Notes under the pieces: generated by a model
The model's input: only the letters and a program-made list of their open reading frames with translations
Databases searched by the model: none
Told to the model about the DNA's origin: nothing
Assembly (NCBI GenBank): GCA_963169155.1
Contig: CAUJGI010000467.1
Span: 1-30,903 of the forward strand
From: Chloroflexota bacterium
GTDB taxonomy: Bacteria > Chloroflexota > Anaerolineae > Promineifilales > Promineifilaceae
Length of the DNA stretch: 30,903 nt
Reading direction: 5' to 3'
Shown here: positions 25,541 through 30,903 of the stretch, piece by piece
How positions within the stretch are numbered: the first letter of the stretch is position 1
Layout: each line of letters opens with the position of its first letter
Position numbers and translations under genes: made by a program

Positions 25541-28070
25541 CCTGGAACTATACCGCGAAGAGGCCCAGGTTGAGGCGGATGTGCAGATTAGCTACATTCG
25601 CATTGCCCCGGAACGGCCGCTGCACACCATGCTCTTTATTCACGGCTTTGGCGGCCGTTCCCGCCAGTGGCGCTACCAGATTGAGCAGTTTGCCATTCAC
25701 AACGAGATTATTGCCATTGATTTGCGTGGGCACGGCCGTTCCTCGCGGCCGGGGCATGGCTACGACATGGATCGCATTCTGGCGGACATAATGGCTGTGC
25801 TGCGGCGCTGCGATGTGAATCGGCCGTTTGTGGTGCTGGGGCATTCCTACGGCGTGGCGATGGCCACCGAGCTGGCCTGGCGCTACCCGGAGCGGGTGAG
25901 CCACCTCATTTTGATTGCCGGGGCGGGCGAATACAAAATCTCGCCTGCCTACCAATTGATGTTCCGCCTGCCGGAGACGCTGCTGCGGCTGCTGCAGCCC
26001 GTGGCCAACCGGGTGATGGATGCGTCGCTGTACGCCTTGCAGGAGATGTACCTGCACAACCTGCGCCACTGGCGCGGCTGGGACAAATTTCCGCAGCTGA
26101 AGCCGCCCACGATGGTGATTTTGGGCAACAAAGACCGGGTTTTGCCCCAATCTGCCTTTGAACGGGTGGGGGAGCTGGTGCCGGAAGGGTCTGAAGTGAT
26201 CAACGTGGGCGTTTCGGCACACATGGTGATGCTGGAGCGGCGTGACGCGGTGAACCGGGCAATTGAGCGCTTTTTGGACGGGGAAACGGCCGCCGCTACC
26301 TACTCCCGCTGGCGCAGCGATGCCGAAACAGGGGGGCGCGGTGGTTTGTCGGCGGAACGGCCGTGGCTGGCGAGTTTTGAAACGGCCGTACCGCCCACTA
26401 TCGACATTCCCCGCCTGCCGCTCAACCGGCTGTTGGACCGGGCGTGGCGACGCTTTCCCAACCGGCCCGCCATTCATTTTATGGGGTACAAGCTCAGCTA
26501 CCGTTCGCTGAGCGCCCAGGCGGGCCGTTTTGCCAACGGGCTGCTGTCGTTGGGCGTGAAGAAGGGGACGCGGGTGATGCTGCTGCTGCCTAACGTGCCG
26601 CACCTGGTGATTGCCTACTACGGCACCCTGCGCCTTGGCGGCATTGTGGTGATGGCCAATCCGCTGGATCCGGCGGCGGAGGTGGTGCGCGAGGCCAATG
26701 CTTCGGGGGCGGAGGTGCTGGTGACGTTGGGGCGCTTTCGCGAAACGGCCGTTCAGGTCAAAGCCCAATCCGGCGTACGCCACGTCATTTTTGCCAGCCT
26801 TACCGATTACCTGCCGCTGCCCAAGCGGCTGATGGCGGCGCTGCTGCCCGCGCAGCGCACGGCCGATCGGCCGCCCAGCCTGCCCGGCGCAGCTGACTTT
26901 GCCTGGCGCGGCTGGCTGCGCAAATTCCGACCCCAGCCGCCTAAAATGGAAGTACGGGCGGAGGATACGGCCGTCATCCAGTTCACCAGCGGCACCACGG
27001 GCAAGCCGAAGGGGGTGGTGCTGAGCCATTACAACCTGGTGGCCAACACGATGCAGGTGCGCCTCTGGCTGACCGACACGCGGGACGGGCAGGAGGCGAT
27101 GTTGTGCGTGGTGCCGTTTAGCCACGTCTACGGCATGACCTCGGCGATGAACCTGGCGGTGAGCCTGGGGGCCAGCATGATTCTGCTGCCGCTCTTCGAC
27201 ACGGAAGAGGTGCTGCACACTATCCGCCGCTACCGGCCGACGCTCTTTCCCGGCGTTCCGGCGATGTACGTGGCGCTTAACAATTTCCCCGGCGTGCGCA
27301 AATTTGGCATTGAGTCGATTCGCGCCTGCATCAGCGGGGCGGCACCGCTGCCGATTGAGGTGAAAGAAACGTTTGAGAAGCTGACCAAGGGTAAGTTGGT
27401 GGAAGGTTACGGCCTGAGTGAAGCCAGCCCGGTGACCCATGCCAATCCGATTAACGGCCGTCACAAGGTAGGTTCGATTGGCCTGCCGCTGCCCAGCACC
27501 GAGGCGCGCATTGTGGATTTGAAGACGGGACGGCCGTTGGCCGCCGGGCAAATCGGCGAGCTGATCATTCGCGGGCCGCAGGTGATGCGCGGTTACTGGG
27601 AGGATGAAGCAGCCACGCAGGAAGTCCTGGACAAAGATGGCTGGCTGCACACCAACGATGTGGCCCGCATGACCGAGGACGGTTACTTCCAGATTATCAG
27701 TCGGCGGCAGGACATCTGGACGGGGGAAGACAGCGGCCTGGCCTTTCCGCGCGATGTGGAAGAGGTGGTTTACGAGCTGCCCGAGGTGCGCGAGGTGGTG
27801 GTGGTGGGCATTGCCAACCAGCCGGTGGCCTTTGTCAGCCTGAAGGAAAAGACGCGTTTGCCTGCCAAAACCATCATTTCGTTTTGTGAGCGGCGGCTGC
27901 CGCCCAGCCAGGTGCCCCGGCTGGTGATTTTTGTGAAGGAGTTCCCACGCAGCTTCATTGGCAAGGTGCTGCGGCGTGAGCTGGTGTCGCAGTATCAGCA
28001 GCAAATTATGGCCGAGGGGGGCAGCGTGGGGCAGCATCTGGCGGGGTTGGAGGATACAGCCGTCGAATAA
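25530..28070 (+). CDS. Fusion: alpha/beta-hydrolase (Ser nucleophile) plus long-chain acyl-CoA ligase (AMP-binding)
   Basis: FIHGFGG, DLRGHGRS, GHSYG, GNKD, AHMVMLE; then FTSGTTGKPKGV, HVYG, GYGLSEASP, GELIIRGPQVM.GYW, GKVLRREL; overlaps trmB end by 11 nt. Confidence 0.92.
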   Translation: MQLDLELYREEAQVEADVQISYIRIAPERPLHTMLFIHGFGGRSRQWRYQIEQFAIHNEIIAIDLRGHGRSSRPGHGYDMDRILADIMAVLRRCDVNRPFVVLGHSYGVAMATELAWRYPERVSHLILIAGAGEYKISPAYQLMFRLPETLLRLLQPVANRVMDASLYALQEMYLHNLRHWRGWDKFPQLKPPTMVILGNKDRVLPQSAFERVGELVPEGSEVINVGVSAHMVMLERRDAVNRAIERFLDGETAAATYSRWRSDAETGGRGGLSAERPWLASFETAVPPTIDIPRLPLNRLLDRAWRRFPNRPAIHFMGYKLSYRSLSAQAGRFANGLLSLGVKKGTRVMLLLPNVPHLVIAYYGTLRLGGIVVMANPLDPAAEVVREANASGAEVLVTLGRFRETAVQVKAQSGVRHVIFASLTDYLPLPKRLMAALLPAQRTADRPPSLPGAADFAWRGWLRKFRPQPPKMEVRAEDTAVIQFTSGTTGKPKGVVLSHYNLVANTMQVRLWLTDTRDGQEAMLCVVPFSHVYGMTSAMNLAVSLGASMILLPLFDTEEVLHTIRRYRPTLFPGVPAMYVALNNFPGVRKFGIESIRACISGAAPLPIEVKETFEKLTKGKLVEGYGLSEASPVTHANPINGRHKVGSIGLPLPSTEARIVDLKTGRPLAAGQIGELIIRGPQVMRGYWEDEAATQEVLDKDGWLHTNDVARMTEDGYFQIISRRQDIWTGEDSGLAFPRDVEEVVYELPEVREVVVVGIANQPVAFVSLKEKTRLPAKTIISFCERRLPPSQVPRLVIFVKEFPRSFIGKVLRRELVSQYQQQIMAEGGSVGQHLAGLEDTAVE

Positions 28071-28071
28071 T

Positions 28072-28518
28072 TCAGGCGAGATGTTCGGCGACGAGGTGCA
28101 GGATGGTTTGCAGCCGGTACGGCTTGGGCAAAAAGCCGGTGGGTTTTGAATTTTCCAGTTTTTCCAGGCTTTCCGCTTCAGAGTAGCCGGAAGAGAGAAT
28201 AATTTTGGCGGCGGGGTCAAGCTCTCGGAGGGCCGTAAAGGTGTCTACGCCGCTCAGGCCCGGCATGTACAAATCTAGAATGATCAGCCCGATTTGGTCC
28301 CGATTGGCGATAAATGCAGCAATTCCCTCTCTGCCGTTGGCGGCCGTGAACACAGGCACCGCTTCCAGTTCCAGAATATCCCTGACGGTTTCGCGCACTT
28401 GCCGTTCATCATCAATGATGAGGACTGTATTTTTAGGCGCGGCCAGGTTGTGTTCCTGCACTTTGCCGGTATCTGGCGGTTTAACTTCCTGGTCATTGGG
28501 CTTTTTTTGCGTAGCCAT
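28072..28518 (-). CDS. Stand-alone response-regulator receiver protein
   Basis: VLIIDDE, LIILDLYMPG (phospho-Asp), LSSGYS, FLPKPY; no output domain; start ATG 28518 (28530 alternative). Confidence 0.9.
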   Translation of the reverse strand: MATQKKPNDQEVKPPDTGKVQEHNLAAPKNTVLIIDDERQVRETVRDILELEAVPVFTAANGREGIAAFIANRDQIGLIILDLYMPGLSGVDTFTALRELDPAAKIILSSGYSEAESLEKLENSKPTGFLPKPYRLQTILHLVAEHLA

Positions 28519-28558
28519 TTGGCACTTCAAACCTTATTAGCTTCAGGCGATGAGATTC

Positions 28559-28567
28559 ATTATAACA
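28559..28567 (-). promoter_or_regulatory. Extended -10 promoter for the receiver gene
   Basis: Minus strand TG-T-TATAAT about 40 nt upstream of the start; no good -35. Confidence 0.55.
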
Positions 28568-28632
28568 AAGGAGGCAAGGTGTGGGTGCAGGACAATTGGT
28601 CGATACGGCCGTTTCCCCGCCCGGCTTGCACT

Positions 28633-28648
28633 TTAGATGATCATCTAA
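28633..28648. promoter_or_regulatory. Perfect 16-bp palindrome, candidate operator
   Basis: TTAGATGATCATCTAA between divergent promoters. Confidence 0.55.
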
Positions 28649-28655
28649 TAAAAAT

Positions 28656-28683
28656 TTGACCCATTGCTATTCGTTGCTAAACT
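28656..28683 (+). promoter_or_regulatory. Candidate sigma70 promoter for pepF
   Basis: TTGACC (28656-61), 16 nt ending in TGC, TAAACT (28678-83): extended -10 form. Confidence 0.5.
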
Positions 28684-28722
28684 TGCCGCACGGCCGTTGT
28701 AAGCATGCCAAATCAAACAAAC

Positions 28723-28860
28723 GGGAAACTTCATGAGTGGATTCACCACCACGAATGAAAGAGACACAGATAAACTCAGATATTTATCAGCGTTCATCTG
28801 TGTGAATCAGTGTCCTATTTTCAAGGGAGACTTCATGAGTGGTCTCACCACCACAGATGA
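28723..28860. repeat. Two 36-bp direct repeats flanking an imperfect decamer inverted array
   Basis: GGGAAACTTCATGAGTGGATTCACCACCACGAATGA (28723-58) vs GGGAGACTTCATGAGTGGTCTCACCACCACAGATGA (28825-60), 31/36 identical; 66-nt insert GACACAGAT AAACTCAGAT..ATCAGCGTTC ATCTGTGTGA ATCAGTGTC. Confidence 0.8.
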
Positions 28861-28866
28861 GAATTT

Positions 28867-28913
28867 GTAGCCCGATTTACCAAATCGGGCGGCGATTTAC
28901 CAAATCGCCCTAC
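28867..28913. repeat. Inverted doublet of GTAG-tagged REP-like palindromes
   Basis: GTAG-CCCGATTT-ACC-AAATCGGG-C-GGCGATTT-ACC-AAATCGCC-CTAC. Confidence 0.75.
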
Positions 28914-28933
28914 ATTTTCACAGGAGAATGAAT

Positions 28934-30742
28934 ATGAGCCAGGTAAAAACAGAGCTGCCCCACTGGGATTTTAGCACGGTGTTTCCCGGGTTGGATTCGC
29001 CGGAATTTGCCTCCGGTTTCCAGGCGGTGATTGACGCGATTGCCGGGTTGGTCACTTTTTATGATGAGCATGGGATCAACCGGTTGGATACGGCCGTGCC
29101 CGTTGACGACCAGTTGGTTAGCCTGTTTGACACCATCATCAAGCGCACCAACGCCGTTGATGAGCAGGGCCAGACGCTGCAGGCGTACCTGTACGGTTTT
29201 CTCACCACCGATTCGCGCAACAACGAGGCCCAGGCGCGGCTCAGTGAACTGATGCCGCACCTCTCCCGCTTTGCCCTGCTGCACACCCGGCTGACCGCCT
29301 GGATTGGCTCGCTGGACGTGGAGCTGCTGCTGGAAAAATCGGCCGTGGCCCAGGCACACGAATACATGCTGTCCCGGGCGCGGCAGGAAGCGCTGCACCT
29401 GATGTCGCCTGAGCAAGAAGATTTGGCCGCGGAGCTGTCGCTGACGGGCAGCAGCAGCTGGTACCGGCTGTTTAATGATTACACCTCGCAAATCAAGGTC
29501 AACATTGAACGCGACGGCCAGGTGGAGGCGATGCCGCTGACGGCGGCGCAAAACCTGGCTTTTGACCCGGATCGAGCGGTGCGGGCCCAGGCGCACCAGG
29601 CGGTTTTGGATGCGCTGGCCGCCGCGTCTGTTCCTATTGCCGCTTGCCTGAACAGCCTGAAAGGCGAAACGTTAACCCTGGTGCGGCGGCGCGGCTGGAA
29701 GTCGCCCTTGGAGATGGTGCTTTTTGCCAACGCCATCGACCAGGCCACCCTCGACGCGATGATGACGGCCACGCGTAACGCTTTCCCCGATTTTCAGCGT
29801 TACCTGAAGGCGCGGGCAAGGGCGCTGGGGCTGCCCAAGCTGGCCTGGTATGATCGGCTGGTGCCGCTGGGGCAGGGAGAACAAAGCTGGGCCTACCAGG
29901 ACGCCACCAGCTTTGTGCTGGCCCAGTTTGGCACCTACTCGCCCAGAATGCGCCGCCTGGCGGAACGCGCTTTTGCCGAGAACTGGATTGATGCCGAGCC
30001 GCGTGATGGCAAGCGGGGCGGGGCGTTTTGCATGGGGCTGCGCGCCGACGAGAGCCGCATCCTGGCCAATTTTGAGCCGGGTTTCTCTGGGGTGAGCACG
30101 CTGGCGCATGAACTGGGGCACGCCTACCACAATTTGTGCCTGGCGGAGCGCACGCCGCTGCAGAAAGAGATGCCGATGACGCTGGCGGAGACGGCCAGCA
30201 CGTTTTGCCAGAAGATTGTGGAGAATGCGGCGTTAAAAACGGCCGTGCCCCAGGACCAGCTCATCATCATCGACGGGGTATTGGAGTATGCCGCCCGGGT
30301 GGTGTTGGGGGCCAGCAGCAACTTCATGTTTGAGCAGAAGTTGTTTGAAAAGCGGCAGGAGCGTGAACTGTCGGTAGAAGAGCTGTGCGCCCTGGACGAA
30401 GAAACCCAGCTGGCGGCCCTGGGCGATGCGCTGGAAGATGGCTCGCTGCATCCGTACCGCTGGGCTTACGTGCCGCACTACTACGGCGCCACGTATTACA
30501 ATTTCCCCTATACCTTTGGCTTGCTGTTTGGTTTGGGATTGTATGCGCAGTATCAGGCCGATCCGGAGCCGTTCAAAACGGGCTACGACGAGCTGCTGGC
30601 GATGACGGGCATGAGCAACGCCGCCGACCTGGCCAACCGCTTTGGCATCGACATCCGCAGCACCGCCTTCTGGGAAGCGAGCCTGGACGTGCTGCGGGCG
30701 GATGTGGACCGATTTGAGCGGTTGGTGGACGAACTTAAGTAA
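28934..30742 (+). CDS. pepF: M3B-family oligoendopeptidase F
   Basis: WDFSTVFPG, WIDAEPRDGKRGGAFC, zinc motif TLAHELGHAYH, LAETASTF, HYY..TYYNFPYTFG.L; ATG 28934 best spaced from GGAG (28928 alternative). Confidence 0.94.
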   Translation: MSQVKTELPHWDFSTVFPGLDSPEFASGFQAVIDAIAGLVTFYDEHGINRLDTAVPVDDQLVSLFDTIIKRTNAVDEQGQTLQAYLYGFLTTDSRNNEAQARLSELMPHLSRFALLHTRLTAWIGSLDVELLLEKSAVAQAHEYMLSRARQEALHLMSPEQEDLAAELSLTGSSSWYRLFNDYTSQIKVNIERDGQVEAMPLTAAQNLAFDPDRAVRAQAHQAVLDALAAASVPIAACLNSLKGETLTLVRRRGWKSPLEMVLFANAIDQATLDAMMTATRNAFPDFQRYLKARARALGLPKLAWYDRLVPLGQGEQSWAYQDATSFVLAQFGTYSPRMRRLAERAFAENWIDAEPRDGKRGGAFCMGLRADESRILANFEPGFSGVSTLAHELGHAYHNLCLAERTPLQKEMPMTLAETASTFCQKIVENAALKTAVPQDQLIIIDGVLEYAARVVLGASSNFMFEQKLFEKRQERELSVEELCALDEETQLAALGDALEDGSLHPYRWAYVPHYYGATYYNFPYTFGLLFGLGLYAQYQADPEPFKTGYDELLAMTGMSNAADLANRFGIDIRSTAFWEASLDVLRADVDRFERLVDELK

Positions 30743-30793
30743 TTGAGTAATTGGTAATTGGTAATTACCTCAATTACCAATTACCCAATTACC
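30739..30793. repeat. Inverted heptamer arrays GGTAATT / AATTACC
   Basis: GTAATT GAGTAATT GGTAATT GGTAATT ACCTC AATTACC AATTACC CAATTACC; overlaps the pepF stop codon. Confidence 0.85.
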
Positions 30794-30800
30794 TTCTTCC

Positions 30801-30903
30801 ATGGATTCCCTCACCCAACTTCAAACCGAAATGCGTGCCTGCCGACTGTGCCATGAGGCGGGTCATGCGATTGTGCCGGGGGCGGTTTTTCGTGGCAGTG
30901 CGG
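30801..30903 (+). CDS. Probable uracil-DNA glycosylase family protein, N-terminal fragment (truncated by window edge)
   Basis: Manual translation MDSLTQLQTEMRACRLCHEAGHAIVPGAVFRGSA; L..L..E..AC..C...P.VF.G pattern resembles Fe-S UDG N-termini; only 34 codons visible. Confidence 0.55.
   Translation, partial: MDSLTQLQTEMRACRLCHEAGHAIVPGAVFRGSA

Noticed and set aside
25548-28220. 890-aa antisense ORF, and similar long antisense ORFs at 17457-18518, 3930-4883, 14117-14842, 22838-23761 and 28910-29596
   Set aside because: They lie fully opposite well-supported genes, show no recognisable motifs, and are expected shadows of biased codon usage.
28723-28860. 36-bp direct repeats as a mini CRISPR array
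   Set aside because: Only two units, five mismatches, a 66-nt self-complementary repetitive spacer, and no cas genes in the window.
1-30903. tRNA, rRNA, integrase, transposase, toxin-antitoxin or defence genes
   Set aside because: None recognisable; coding space is accounted for and the intergenic gaps show no cloverleaf or att-like pattern.

Overview
The first ~17 kb is the 3' end of tuf plus an almost complete S10-spc-alpha ribosomal protein supercluster (rpsJ to rplQ, with secY, adk, rpoA, truA, rplM-rpsI). map and infA are absent from their usual place between adk and rpmJ. The remaining ~14 kb holds a YabN-type methylase/MazG fusion, a membrane-anchored SH3b protein, an ABC exporter half, arginase, an orphan family-5 solute-binding lipoprotein, trmB, an alpha/beta-hydrolase-acyl-CoA ligase fusion, a stand-alone receiver protein, oligoendopeptidase F and the start of a probable uracil-DNA glycosylase. 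Protein style and gene order suggest Chloroflexota, Anaerolineae-like (inference, no database search). The strongest unexplained signal is the palindrome ACGGCCGT: about 39 copies by manual count against fewer than 1 expected, in all reading frames and in intergenic DNA, behaving like the cyanobacterial HIP1. Other highlights are an L29 with a ~78-aa C-terminal extension, a lengthened L22 tunnel loop, several intergenic repeat families (a GTAG-type REP doublet, inverted heptamer arrays), candidate r-protein autoregulatory leaders and shared 11-bp-period operator-like repeats. Counts and pairings were made by eye.
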